Below, piece by piece: positions 47,450 to 60,559 of a DNA stretch of 64,000 nucleotides. This stretch comes from Selaginella moellendorffii. Lineage: Eukaryota > Plantae > Lycopodiophyta. The notes under the pieces are model-generated. The model did not search any database, had not been told where the DNA came from, and saw only the letters and a program-made list of their open reading frames with translations. The DNA lies in assembly GCF_000143415.4 (NCBI RefSeq), contig NW_003314275.1:625955-689954 (forward strand). Direction: 5' to 3'. The translations under genes and the position numbers were made by a program. The stretch's first letter is position 1. Every line of letters starts with the position of its first letter.

Positions 47450-48270
47450 ACTTGCTTCTATGTCGATTCTAGAGTTGTAAGTGGGCTGAAAGATTTCCAG
47501 GTTCTCGTGATTCCTCGTTTCTAAGATACTGAAGCACGGGTTTGTCTCCTCTTGTGCTTTATTGCTTGTTTTGCAGCTCCAGTTCACAATCGCTATGCGA
47601 GTTGATGGATTTTCTTGCACCATAGCTTCCGTATGATCAACCTCTGATAAGAGTCTTGGCCATCGGAGGTAAGTAATTTATCATTTTTCTATCTGCCAGA
47701 CAATCCTCCAGATAAGATAATGCATTTCGCAAAACCGGATTCTAGGCTCAAGAACTCTGAAGAGAATGCTTCCAAAAGTGAGACTCGCCTCGTCCTGTGA
47801 AAAGTAAAGCCTGGCGAAAGATTGAGCAAAATGATAACATTCAAAGTAAGATTTAAGATCCATGTTAGAACATTCTAATGCGGGTCATACTCTTTATGCA
47901 GGAGTCAGGCAATTCTGTGCTTCTACGCGTCACTTGTCGATTCTAGAGTTGTAAATGAGCTAAAAAATTTCAGGTGCTCGCGATTCATCATTTCTATAGA
48001 CACTGAAGTACGCAGTCGAGGTAACTACAATTTTCTAATTGCATCGCATCTGACAATCTCATATAATGCAAACCGGATTCTAAGCGCAAAAGCTCTGAAG
48101 AGAATGCTTCCAAAAGTGAGACGCGCCGTGAAAAGTGAAGCTTGCCGAGAGTCCCTGGGGGAAAGGCTTGAGTGTGACAACATTCAACGTAAGATTTGAG
48201 ATCTATTTGAGAACATTCTAATACGGGCCATACTCTTTATGCAGGAGTCTGGCAATCTTGTGTGATACCT
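47450..48270. repeat. Imperfect tandem duplication of the GH3 3' end and 3' flank
   Basis: tgtcgattctagagttgtaa at about 47461 and 47935; ctctgaagagaatgcttccaaaagtgagac at about 47755 and 48093; catactctttatgcaggagtc at about 47886 and 48229. Confidence 0.8.
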
Positions 48271-50037
48271 GCTTGTAGGATGGCAATCATCTCTGGACTG
48301 GTGATGCATCTTGGGGTCTTATATTGAGTGGGATTTATTCCCTTTTCAAGGCTGTATTGTTGGAGAGCCTTGAATGTCTTACCACGGACGATGCATAACC
48401 GAAGTGGACCAATCAAGCCGTTCTCACGACGCTGTTTATATCTCTCGGTCAGTGAGGTGTCGAGAACGCAGCAGCAGGTTTCCAGGATCATGGGATTCAG
48501 GCTATCACCGTTTTTAATCTCCCAGAAGATCAGGTACCTCTGGCCGTCTTGGTGGCAAGTGAAGTCGACGAGCTCTTGTGAAGCAGGCAGGCAGTGCTGA
48601 GACTTCTGGACCGCTACCTGTAGCTCGGCTTCAGTGCTTCTTTCGCCTGCTATATCAAGCTCCGCATTGAGACGATGGACGAACGATATGTTGGGAGAGA
48701 AGTTGTGGAACCCGGTTACACGGACGATGTCTCCAACTTTGTACCGATAAAGTCCTGGTTGAGAAAGACAACTTCCGTGAGAAGACTACAACAGTGACGG
48801 ATTGTTCTACATTTACCGGACCAGGTGCTGACAACGAGCTCGTATTCCTCGCCGACCTTCACGTCTACGAGCTTCACGGTGGATCCGTCGGTCAGCTTTT
48901 GGGGATAGTGGAGAAACTCGTAGTATGCATACTCCGGATGAATGGTGAAGCTGACGCTCTCAGGTGGACAGAATGGATCCAGGTTGAAGCCGAGAACACA
49001 CTCCGTGCAGACGTAGTCTCCAGAAACTATGGGAACACTTCCTCCATATTTTCTTACAGCAGGAGCATATGGTGCCATTCCTCCAGTGGTGATGGTCACT
49101 ATAACCTTGGTTTTCGGCCACAAGCGCTCTACAATACCGCACCATGCGTTATCGGCTGTGCATTCCTTGCGAATACTCTGCGCTAGCTTGAGATTTGGTC
49201 GTAAGCAGAGCGACAAGGAACTTCTCAAAGTCGGGTCGGTGATCTTCGAGTTGAGAGTTCCGGTCTGGACGTCATCAGCTAGCTCGCTCCACGCCTCCTC
49301 CAACAATCGAAGCGCTTCTACCAGTGTTATGGCCAGTGCTGCGAATACTTGAGTGACGTCCTCGGATCGAATGAGGCCGCAAAGCAGTTGGCAGTACAAA
49401 GACTGGTTGATATCAGGTGCCAGAAGAAGTTTCATGGGACTGGTGAACATTTTCTCCAGATTTTCACCTTGGACTTTGAAGAACATTGAGGAGGTTGTCG
49501 ATACTGGAAGGCCGCCAGGGCTCTTGTTTTCTGGTTTTGCAAACAAGAAGCCGAGACACACATCGGACTCCATCATATATACCGGCCTGCAGACAACCAG
49601 ATAGTGGCAAAGTCACAAGCTATCAGCAACGCATACCGACGGAATAGCAGCTCGAGAGACTTCGAAGTAGCAGGAATGAGTTTGGGCTCTCCAGTGACTG
49701 TGCCGGAGCTGCACACCAAGTGGGAAAAAGCACGACATTGGACTCATCACAACAACGTCGTCGCAGCATACCTCTTGAAGAAACGGACGACTGGCTCGGC
49801 AGTCAGAATGGGAGAAGTGTCGCCATTGGCAATGCGCTGGACTTCGTCTGCAACGTCGTGGTATTCGATGATGGGAAGGCTGTCGAAGCGGCCTCCATAC
49901 CTTCGCAGGTACTCGGTCTCGCCGTTGAGCTCCATCATCTGACTAAGCAAGTTCGCTTGCACAGCTGCAGCATCCTTGGTCTTGGACTCTATATCGTCCC
50001 GGAACAAAGCTGGATCCATTGTTGTTGGTGGATTCAC
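48237..50037 (-). CDS. GH3: GH3 acyl-acid amido synthetase, multi-exon
   Basis: ETEYLRR, RIANGD.SPIL, SSGTVTGEPKLIP, QSLYCQLLCGL, RLWP.TK....TG.M.PY, YVCTE..LG.NL.P, YYEFL, LVDVKVGEEYELVV.T..G/LYRYKVGD...VTGFHN.SP, TEAELQ.AV, GPLRL.IV...TF, QYKTPRC. Confidence 0.95.
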
Positions 50038-50200
50038 AACAGAGGTATTTATGCGGAGGGCCGATGTTGATAGGCGTGCAGAAACTTTGCATGAAAACTG
50101 GCCTTACAGGCAGTGTGAACCATGATGGTGTTGACCAGACAGGTGAGAGAAGTGGAATTGAGTATTGTGTTTGTTTCTTGGTCAGCTAATTCCGAAGTTT

Positions 50201-51865
50201 ATGGTTGATGCAGTATTCTTCGGAGGATCTTTGGTTGCGGACAACCTCAAAGCAAAACAAAAGGAGTCACAGTGGCAAGCAATTGAAAGATATGCATCTC
50301 TCATAAGGAAGTGTTCCGGCGAAGGAAATTTGGCACCGGGAAAGTGTGTACACTCGCAACTTGTCTCGGATGGCTGGGGGCATGTCACCTTTCTCCAAAA
50401 TCTCCTGGTGGAGATGTATGGCAGGTGCGGGAGCCTGTGTGACGCTTTGTCGGTGTTCCGGGGGATCGAGATGCCCAGCATTTTCTCGTGGACCCTGGTA
50501 ATCTCAGCAAGTTCCCGCAACGGGGACTTTGGAGGTGCCTTGGATCTCATCCGGAGAATGCTGCTGGGTGGAGTGAAGCCAGACGAGGCTGCTCTTGTAG
50601 CGGTTGTCAACGTTGCTGCTGGTCTGGAAGACATTTCATTCTCAAGACAAGTTCATGCCTGGGTTGTGGAAGCTAAACATGGCTGCGACCTTGTTGTTGA
50701 GAACGCATTGATCAGCATGCACTGCAAGTGCCGGGACAGTGGCTGGGCCGAGCGAGTGTTCTACGGCATGCAAGAGACCGATGTGATCAGTTGGACATCT
50801 ATGGCTGCTGCCTACGCTCAGAACGGACAGCACGCAGAGACTCTTCAGCTGTTCCGCAAGATGGACTTGGAAGGTGTCAAGCGCAACTTTGTCACTTTCG
50901 TCACGCTGGTCGAAGCTTGCACACGGTTCCTGGACTTGGAGAATGGAAGGGTGACGCACTCGAGAATCAAAAGCTCCGGTTTCTGCTCGGTGGTGATCGT
51001 CAGCAACAGCCTCATCCACATGTATACGAAGTGTGGAGATTTGGCGAGCGCCATCGACGTGTTTCGAGGCATGGCGGACAGGAACACAATCTCCTGGACT
51101 GCTATGGTTGCTGCTTACACTCAACACGGTCACTGCAACGAGGCAATCAAGCATTTCCAGTTCATGGACTTGGAAGGTGTGAAGCCCGACGTTGTGACTC
51201 TGGTGGCCGTCGTTGATGCCTGCGGGGGCCTCATGGTGCTGTCCAAGGCCAGGGAGATCCACGCTCGGGTTTCCGACAGTGGCTACCTCGACTCCAACGT
51301 TCCTCTGGCCAATGCTGTGATAAGCATGTATGGCAGATGTGGAGGCCTGGACGACGCAAGAGATTGCTTCAAAAGGTTGAGGTTGAAGAACACGATATCG
51401 TGGAGTTCTCTCATTGCAATCTATGCGCAAGACGGACAAGGCGAGGAGGCGATCCGGCTGTTTAAGCTGATGGTTCTGGATGGAGTGAGGCCGAATTCTA
51501 GCAGCTGCGCTAGCCTCTTGTCCGCTTACAGCCACGAAGGTGACGTTCACGACTGCCGAGAGTGCTTCGCGGCTATAAGTGACTTCGGCCTGGAACCAAC
51601 GAAGGATCACTTTGCCGGCGTGGTTGATCTCCTGGCAAGGCTTGGAATGCTGGACAGAGCCTTGGAGTTGATCAACACGATGCCGTTTTTCCCAGACGCA
51701 GCGGTGTTCTTGGCTTTGCTATCAGCGTGCTGCGTCCACGAGGACTTGGAGCTGGGAAGAGCCGCGGCAGAGCAAGCGTTTTCGCTGGACCCAGCGGACG
51801 AGTCATCTTATGTGCTGCTGTCCAACGTTTACGCTGCGCTGGGAGTGTGGGGCGAGGTGCTGTGA
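50201..51865 (+). CDS. PLS-class PPR protein with E domain, no DYW, intronless
   Basis: P-L-S triplets (NLLVEMYGRCGSL, VISWT.M.AAY.Q.G, GVKPD.VT), HFAGVVDLLARLG.L..A.ELI..MPF, LLSAC..H, YVLLSNVYA..G.W. Start uncertain. Confidence 0.95.
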   Translation: MVDAVFFGGSLVADNLKAKQKESQWQAIERYASLIRKCSGEGNLAPGKCVHSQLVSDGWGHVTFLQNLLVEMYGRCGSLCDALSVFRGIEMPSIFSWTLVISASSRNGDFGGALDLIRRMLLGGVKPDEAALVAVVNVAAGLEDISFSRQVHAWVVEAKHGCDLVVENALISMHCKCRDSGWAERVFYGMQETDVISWTSMAAAYAQNGQHAETLQLFRKMDLEGVKRNFVTFVTLVEACTRFLDLENGRVTHSRIKSSGFCSVVIVSNSLIHMYTKCGDLASAIDVFRGMADRNTISWTAMVAAYTQHGHCNEAIKHFQFMDLEGVKPDVVTLVAVVDACGGLMVLSKAREIHARVSDSGYLDSNVPLANAVISMYGRCGGLDDARDCFKRLRLKNTISWSSLIAIYAQDGQGEEAIRLFKLMVLDGVRPNSSSCASLLSAYSHEGDVHDCRECFAAISDFGLEPTKDHFAGVVDLLARLGMLDRALELINTMPFFPDAAVFLALLSACCVHEDLELGRAAAEQAFSLDPADESSYVLLSNVYAALGVWGEVL

Positions 51866-51877
51866 TTCCTGGGTGGA

Positions 51878-52200
51878 AGAGCACGGTACGTAAAGCTTAC
51901 AATTCTTTCAACTACAGGATATAGAGTTTTAAACTCTTCAATTCTTTCAACTGTAGGTAGATCCCTGGAGATCGAGCGTGGAAGAGCGTGCACGGTACGT
52001 AAAGTTCTAAACTTCCAATTCTTTCCATTGGAGATCAAACAGGACGTAGAGTTCTAAACTAACAATTTTTTCAACTCTGGCTTCCTGGAGATCGAGCATT
52101 GAAGTGCAAGTTTTTTTGTATCGAGCAGCACGTAAAGTTCTAACGATCTTTCAACTGTAGATTCCTGGCGATCGACCATGGAAGCATCGGGACGTTCTAC
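51878..52200 (+). repeat. Degenerate tandem repeats between the PPR and COP1 3' ends
   Basis: Recurring cacggtacgtaaag, attctttcaact and cctggagatcgagc modules. Confidence 0.7.
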
Positions 52201-52351
52201 TTTTATTCTTTGAAAGATTTCCATTGGAACGATTTGTGGTAGAGTTTATGTTGGATTCTTCGTCGACATTTCCTATCAATGGCTACAAAATTTTCTAATG
52301 TTCTTGTCTAGGCAAAGATTGTACAGAGAAGTCGTCCTTCCTCCTCGTTTT

Positions 52352-55139
52352 TCACGGAGCAAGCACCAGAACCTTGATCGTCCCTTGGCTGTTTGCCGCA
52401 AGCATCGTTGGGCTATCGCTCTTCCAGCACACAGCACTGATGAAGTGGAACACATCGTCGTCGCTCTCCTCCGAGTCATGGTTTGTGAATCTGTGCCTTG
52501 CTGCTGGCTTGGGAACTTCCTGCTCGCAACAAACAAACAAAAGCCTCAGATTGATTCTCTTTTTCTCTAAAATCAATCAAATGGACTTACCTTGTGATAC
52601 ACCACGACTTCGTTCGTTTCACTACCGCACGCAATGTACTCGCTGTTAACTGTCAAGCCTACAAAGTTCTTCTCGTTAGCATGGCCTGTGAGGCTGCGTA
52701 TCTGCATAGACAAAGCACGGTGTTTGATTTGATCGATCAGGAAACCTTCGAGCTAAAGAGCTGTAGAGATATGCATACCTGGGAGCTCTTCTGGACGTCC
52801 CACAATCGCAGTGTACTGTCAGTGGAAGCCGAGGCCAACTCGTTGGGGGATACAAACTTTACATACGAGACGGCTTTTCGGTGACCACTAAAGACATGTA
52901 GAGGCGACTTGGAGTTCCGGAGATCGTAATAGTGGATATGATGATCGGCCGAGCCCACCTAGAAAAAGTAAACAAAGGCACTGTCAAACACAACAAGAAT
53001 CTTTGCTAGTTGAAAGAAATACCGCGACAAAATTGCTAGATCCGGGATTGTATTTGACACAGCAAATGTTTGCCTTCATGTCAATGTTCAGGACACTTGT
53101 CTCCTGCCTGGTGCACCACAGCTTGACCTGTGCGTCAAAAACACAAACAGTGAATTCGGGTGTGTAAGTAATAATAAAACACTACCTTTCCGTCGTCACT
53201 CCCAGACACTAGCATTGTCGGGTCCGTCCTGGAGAAATCGACGCTCCAGGCTCTTCTCTCGTGCTCTTCGTACTCCATGACACTCTGCAAGGAGAAACGT
53301 ACAAAAGTAAACAAACAAGCAAAGAAAGAGTTCCCAAGAGACAACTACCTGGCAAGAATTTACATCCCAAACAGTTACAGTGCCTTCATAATCGCTGCTC
53401 GCGATTTGTCCCTTGATGTACTTGTTCCAACTTAGGCAGCTTAGCTTTGACCGCGTAGACATCTCGGCAACAGGACAATGGACGTCTGCAAGCTCGTTGA
53501 CAACCTGTTAGAAAAAACAAAGTATTAGAAAACAAAACATCGCATGCTCACATACCGTTGCAAATTCGAAAATTTTGATTCGCCGCGAAACTCCTGCAGT
53601 GGCAAAGAGTTCGTCGTCCCTGTCAAATTCAATACTGAAAACAATACACCACTGGTGTTAGAAACTCTAGAGATAATTGAAGACCTCACCTTGAAACAAT
53701 GTTAGAAGAATGAAATAAGTCTCCGTGTCGTAGCTCAGCCACCAGCTCCAAACGACTAAGCAAAAATCCAGCTTGAGAAAAACCTTCAAGAAAAGAAGAA
53801 AAGTGAAGGTACCTATATCTGGTGAAGCCAGCGAGAATAGATCTAAAGTCCTCAAGGCCTGAAGGTTGATTAAACCCACCACAGCCTTCTTCGTCTTTCT
53901 CCTTTTTAACAATGGCTTCAAGCTTTTTCATCTGACGATCACGTCGTCTCTTATTCAAGTAACAATCTTGCAAGTCTTCAAACTGTCAGATCAGATCCAG
54001 AACATAACATTAGTCGCCACTTTCACTGCACTGAGACACACCATACCTGGTTTAGCATCCTCTTTTTCTTTGCGGTCTTACAAGGCAGCGGTTCAAAGTC
54101 AGAGGTACCATTTGAAATGCCACCATTCTTCTTCACGAGAGGACCTCTCGTTGCTTTCCTTTGTTCTCCACCGAGCAAGGCTGCCCCTGCTTGGCCGACA
54201 CGATGCAAGGGAACCGCAGGACGGTTGTACGGGTTCTCTTGAGCCGCACAGTCGAGAGCCGGGCAGTCAAGAAGAAAGCGCCACTTCAGCGAGCTTGTTT
54301 GTCTCGATTTGAGCAGCTCCTGCCTCTGGATCTCAACAGCAGAGATGTCCTCCCTCAGCGACTGCAAGTCCCCTTGAATCTGAGAAACAAGACGGTTAGC
54401 ATTTGCTCATCTTACAAATCTCTGGTCGGTGTCATCCCAAATGACTCACGACAACTGACCTCAGAAAGTTCTTCCATCTTTTGCTGCCTAGATCTCTGCA
54501 AAAACTCGAGAAGAACCTCCATGTTCACCTCGGCTTCCTCGTGCTCGGCTTTTCGCTTCTTATCGCTCAACAAAACCAGCAATGAATCGATCTCTTTGAG
54601 TGGAACGTCGACCCCCTGTGGGAAAAAAGAATCGAAATCACGCCATAGCAGATCACTGGAGGAAGAAGACCACAAACCTGTTGTAGAGCAAAACGAAGCT
54701 GCTCTGTCGGGGACGCACACGAGATTTGCGACGTAGCAACCTTCTTAAGTATCTGCATGGAAAGACCATTGGATTTTTAGATTGGTAGCACGAAGAACAA
54801 CGTAAAAACAAAAGAACAAAACAAGATCTAAGGAAAGAGGGGAAAACTTACTTTGTTCAATAGAAAATTGGGGTAAAGCTGACTGCTAGTGAGGTAGACT
54901 CCACAGCACGGGCAGTTCTTCTTGTTGTTGAGGTGCGTGATGATACACATGTAGCAAAAGCTGTGGCCGCAAGCCGTGAGAAACGCATCCTTCATCGTCT
55001 GGATGCAAATCGGGCACTGGAAATCCTTATCCGCCAACAGCCGCGGCCCTTGCTGCTGCTGTTGCTGCTGTTGCTGCTCGGACGAGAAACTCATCGGCTC
55101 CTTCTTGATACACATTGCTCTTGATCGCGCTACATCCAT
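52352..55139 (-). CDS. COP1: E3 ubiquitin ligase COP1 (RING, coiled coil, WD40), multi-exon
   Basis: [151 protein letters not shown]. Confidence 0.97.
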
Positions 55140-57877
55140 ACCCGAGCCCAGCAGCCGCGCCTAAAATCTCGTCTCAAGGACAAATGCCGCCAAGATTTCC
55201 ATTCCAATCCTCGCCAATCCCTAGCTGCGAATCCCGGATCATCGAAATTCCTTCCCGCTGCTCCTGGTGAGAGAAATATTTACCTATCCCGCCGCGGCGC
55301 CAAGAATCATCCAAATCTCAGCTCGAATTCTCGCGAGCCAGGGATTCACGCGGCTGCCGTGGTTATAGATCGTCCGCCATAGCCGTCGAGGACGAGACGC
55401 TCCACCAGAAAGAAGCGCGGCCAAACATAATTTCCACCCTCAAAAACTTATACCCGGCCTCGAGAAAAATGCCTTAAAGGAGAAGGCTGGTGACGTGGGG
55501 GCGCCCGCGTCCGTCCAGATCGGGATGGAGCTAACGGCGCGATGTGCGTGTGCGTAACGCCAGCAACGACCACGGAACCAAAATGGCGGGGGTGGCTGAC
55601 TGTGCCGCGAGTGGCCTGGAAATATCCCGTTGGGCACGGTGCCAGCTCAGACCCAATCAAGAATGGCGGCCAATGGGAGCGAGGCTTCTGATTACAGGCG
55701 TGACGTGGATGGCCTGGGGCCTTTGTTTTCGATACGGTATGACAAGGGAAATCTGTGGTCGTCGTACGATCTGACGGCCTCTTTTATTTTCTGTATCCGA
55801 CGGTCACGATTTGATGATGACAGGTAAACTTTATTGAAACTTCCAAATACAAAATGCCTAGTATATTCTTTGATTCTATTTCACTTGGAAATTGTAGTTC
55901 AAGAATGGAAGGTGGACCAACAATAGCTGATGTTTTTGAACTTCTTTATGGATTTGGTAGTCTAAGGATATTTTCTGAATCAAATTCTTGACAAAAAGAT
56001 CAAGATAATACAACTTGAGTTTCATCTTACACAAGAAAAAAAGTTTGTTATATATTGTTCATGCCTATATAAGTCCAAGTCTTATAGTGTGCAATTTGTA
56101 AATGTAGTTGTTTTCACGCATGCCAAAAGGATGTATGCCACTTGGCATGCTCGTTGCCATGTGTTCTTATGCCATTGGCCATTGTCAATTTTTGAATGGC
56201 CATAGCTTTCAGATGGCCATGAAATGGGTATGGATGGCACAAACATGGGTGTCAGCCATTTGTGATTACAATGTATGTATGCATAACCATTTGTGTGTTT
56301 GGCCTTTGACTTGTGTCTGTTAACTTAGGGATTAGTCATGTTTTAGTATGACTTGTTAATCCATATTAAAGTGGTGCATACTACCATTTTCCTCCATATA
56401 AAGTACATTCAAACTAACATGGCTATAAATCATGTGGGTAAAACATAGGGATTATCAATTCTCACTCAAGTTGTCAAGTGGCAAGACATCATTTTAGTTG
56501 TTGTCAAATTTGCAATATTTTATATACAACCCAATACAATTACATGATAGGCATCTCAAAAAAGTTAACAATAGATATACACAAGTGAAGCCTTCTATAT
56601 TGTGCCATATGAATTGTGAGTAATATTTCATTATACCAATTTATGTTTGAACCCAAGCATTTGACATTGTGTAAGCTTGTGACATATAGATTTTACATCC
56701 ATGTGATGATATATGATGCTACATATTATATTATAGCATATGAACTTTCAACCACAAAGCAGTCTTACAATTTACATACCAAAAAATATCACAGCAATGT
56801 CTAGCCCCTGGACAAAAAACATATAATTTCACGTCATTTTCAAATACTTAAAAATTTGTACCTAGTCCCATTTTACTGAATGTGTCAAGGAAGATGATGG
56901 TGGTTTATACTCATGAAAGTGTCTTTGAGTGATCAAAGCTCTTTTTTGACAGAAACAATCTTCACCTCAAAAACTAGGTATTTGTGAATATGAAAATATA
57001 AGTTGCATTATCACAATGCCACTATTCATTGGCACCTCATGAAAGCAATAGGAAGAGCCTTCCAAGTTAAACTAAAACTATGAGTTTTACTTTTAGCTAT
57101 ACTTTTCACCAACTACTGTTTTAGCCCTTGCAAAACTTTTATTAAACCGATATTAAAAATCAGTTAGATTTGTTTTGGAATCAAATTCCTCCACTTCTCC
57201 AAAGTTATTTTTGTTATTCGGCATAAAATACATCTTTGCATAATTTAGGAAAGCCTCATGAATTTGCACTACCTTGTTTCTTGGATTGTATGCTTCCTCC
57301 ATCTATTATATCCCTAACATACAACTTACTCCTGTAACTTGCTGATATTACCAATTGCCTACACAATCCTTCTTTCATCTCCCATTTGAGCCCCAAACTA
57401 TATCCAGCCCTCTTTCTAGAACTCTAATGCTTCCAATTCACAATCTTCTCTAACAAGGCTTCAAGATTTTATGTGAGACAACACCCTTTAATAAACTCAG
57501 TGACACAATTGGATATTAGATTCTTAAAGTCTTTAGGAAGTTCTTATTGCACAACACCTACAATAAACAATTAGAAACCACATCCAAAAACACACCAATA
57601 GAAAACACACTCATAATCATAACCAAGAAACAGGACCACAAGAACCTAATATCAAAGAAAGTGACAAACTATAGAAAGCAATGGCTCCGACAAAAAGCGT
57701 AAAAAGTAAACTTATCTATACCTTATTTCATTCCTATTGCTCCTAGTATCTAATAAGACCCACAAACAGAATATATGTATGGAAGATCTTTGCACCACTC
57801 CAGCTAAACTCTCACCAAACTAACACCATAATATGCCTTCCAAAATTAAATGCTGTTAAAGTCCTCTTGACTTGTAG

Positions 57878-58517
57878 CTTTTGAAAAACATTCACCACAG
57901 CTTTGATCCTATAAGACCAATACAAAAGCCAATAAAAATCTTATACAAAGTCATATATAAAAAATGAGGAGAAGAATAAAAGCCACACCATCCTATGTTT
58001 AAAAACATTGTACTAGTGATTTTTGGATTTAGATCATGCAGTGTCCTCTACAAAGGATGTCACAACATAGAAGTGGCACAGGCCAGTTCTCCCTCGTGTT
58101 TCTCCTGGAGAATCTCATGGCAGTGGCTTCTAGGTCATCCCTATCTATCTGCAGTGCTTCTGATGCCAGGAGAGCTTGCAGGCCTGCAGATGCATGCATC
58201 AAGACTATGTCTTTTAGCTTTCGAAAAACATTCACCATGGCTTTGTTCCTATAAAACCAACACAAAAGCCAACAAAAAAATTATACAAAGTCATATATAA
58301 AAGATGAGGAGACCACCTCATCCCATGTTTAAAGGCATTTTACTAGTGATTCTTGGATTTAGATCATGGAGTGTCCTCCACTGCATAAAAGTGGCAACAC
58401 AGTGGCCACATGCCAGTGTTTCTCCTGGAGAATCTCATGGCAGTGCCTTCTGATGATAGGTCATCCCTATCTATCTGCAGTGCTTCTGATGCCTCTCGCA
58501 GGCCTGCACAAGACTAG
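57878..58517 (+). repeat. About 340-bp imperfect tandem duplication
   Basis: gaaaaacattcacca...ttatacaaagtcatatataaaa...ttggatttagatcatg...tttctcctggagaatctcatggcagtg...taggtcatccctatctatctgcagtgcttctgatgcc occurs twice. Confidence 0.85.
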
Positions 58518-59156
58518 GGCTTTTTGTTAAATTTCCAACAGGGACTTGTTCTTGACGATATCGCCATTCTCGGTTTCTTCCTTGCGAACTTGTTCTTCTC
58601 TCTTGGCGACAGTGGCAGCTGCCCCGCGGATGGGCTCTCAAACGCGGAAAACGAGAAGACTTTTCTCGTTGAGATCTTCACTTACCAGCGCGGAATTCTT
58701 GTGCAACTTCCTCCAAGCTCTCACCCAAGATTCTCTGCTTCGTTGCCTCCAAGCTCTGGAATTGCCACTCCTGCAAGCACCCAACTCGCCGAATTCCCCT
58801 TCAGCACCGCAAAGATCTAGGGCGATGGCAGCAGCAGATGCGGCGGATGTTAGGGCGGGTATCATTGTGCCAGGCAATGTGATCGTGTCAAGGTGCTTAG
58901 TGTGAGGGAAGTTTTCGCTCTACAACGAGATTGTTACGCGAGTTCCTCCTGTGCCACTAGAACAGGAATCCTGGTATGCCGCATTATCTGGACGGGGATT
59001 GAACGGCCACAGTCAGTCATTCTCTACGAGACATAGATCGACGAGATCGAATCGCCTGAAGTTACCTTCCATCTGATCAACCAACAGAGCTCTCCTGACT
59101 GAATTGGCAACCGAGTTCTTCTTGCTGCCTTGTTGGACGGGCACAACTCCAGAGCC

Positions 59157-60559
59157 ATGAGGAAACTTCGTCGCACGTACACACGCTATCTGCCTCCATG
59201 GGACAGGAGACAGTTCGGTTTGCTTGTCGACTTGTGGAAGTTGCGAGCGGACAAGATGGCCCCTAGAGACGCAAACGAGATCAAGGAGAAGATGCAGGCT
59301 GCCGACTTAGCATGCTCTTGGTTGGGTGGCATCCCAAGTTTTCTGTGGGATCATGAGCCTGGAACGCTCACACGTTCAGATGCAAGGAAGTGCCTGGCCA
59401 ACACCAAGCTCAGGAAAGTGTCTTGCATCCTGCAGAGCTCTGCCGACGTCTCGTGGACGCTGTTCCACTTCAACGTGATGCCTAGCTGCTGTTTCAGTTG
59501 TTTCCAATATACATTTTGCTCGGGAAAGGTGGCCACTCTCTACTCTGGGTACTTGTGTAAAACCAATGTGGACAAAATCCGCAGCTTTCTCAAGGCTTCT
59601 CAAGGCTTCAGCAAGTACTCGGTGCTGAGAGGCTTCCTTTTTTAGCAGTATGTGATTAGACAAGCGTTGGCACTGGACACTATGGGTATACCGATGGTAA
59701 GATGTTAATAATTTTTCACCCTTTGATGCTTTTTATCTGCGTGTTTTAGGTTGACACTGCTTGTTGCCAATGTTGTGATGATCGAGGTAAGGGTAAGATG
59801 ATTCAATGTGCAACTTGTCGCAAGTGGTATCATACTAAATGTGTTGTTAGGGAATTCGAGTTCAGAGTTTGAGTTCAAATATGAGTGTGGAAATTGTCAA
59901 AATACATCTCCTTCTGGTTTGTTGTTATAATACTATGAAAGTGATCTTGAAGATGCTTTGCTCGCAGCTGGTTGGTATATTATTTATTTATTTCGGTCTT
60001 TGATTTTGTGCTGTTACCACACACGCTGGAACAGGCTAATGTCGCTCATTATAGTCACAGGCCAGTTCTTGAGGCTAAAATTAAGGCGCAGCAGGCTCTC
60101 AAAGCCTGGAGAGATGAGTTTTATCAGGGCCACAACAATAACGATGACACCCTACTGGTTTTCTTTTTACCTCCAGATTCTTATGTTGACTTCTACCATT
60201 CATCTCGAAAGGTTTCTCAGAAAGTTGTCAAAGGTGATTGATTTCATATGCGCAAGAAGTATGTTGAGTTACAGATTGTGCAGTGTAAGGTCGCTATACC
60301 GGTATCTTGAAGTCCTTGTGTAGTGAAGGTTACCCATGACATGGAGGATGTTTCTCCAGATCCAAACTTACCAGAAATTTGGGAGGAGGCTTTTGGCTGC
60401 ATAGAATGCATAGAGAATGCTTTTGAGAAGTTGCTCGTGGAGGAAAGATTTGAATATTGGTTGGTTTCTGATGGAGACAAGCAGGACGAGTTAGAACAAA
60501 TCTCTGACCCAGCCAATAAGCGCAACCTTCAGGCCTTCTCAGCTTGTAAAAGGTCATAA
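59157..60559 (+). pseudogene. Degraded multi-exon gene containing a PHD finger
   Basis: 59750-59900 reads C.CCDD....MIQCATCRKWYHTKCV then, after a frameshift, YECGNCQ; in-frame stops follow. Confidence 0.55.

Noticed and set aside
38805-55139. Light and hormone signalling cluster (NPH3, GH3, COP1)
   Set aside because: Genes are interspersed with unrelated ones and nothing in the sequence shows co-regulation; proximity is plausible by chance in a compact genome.
58524-58905. GC-richer ORFs near 58.5-58.9 kb
   Set aside because: No motif or clear gene structure on either strand.
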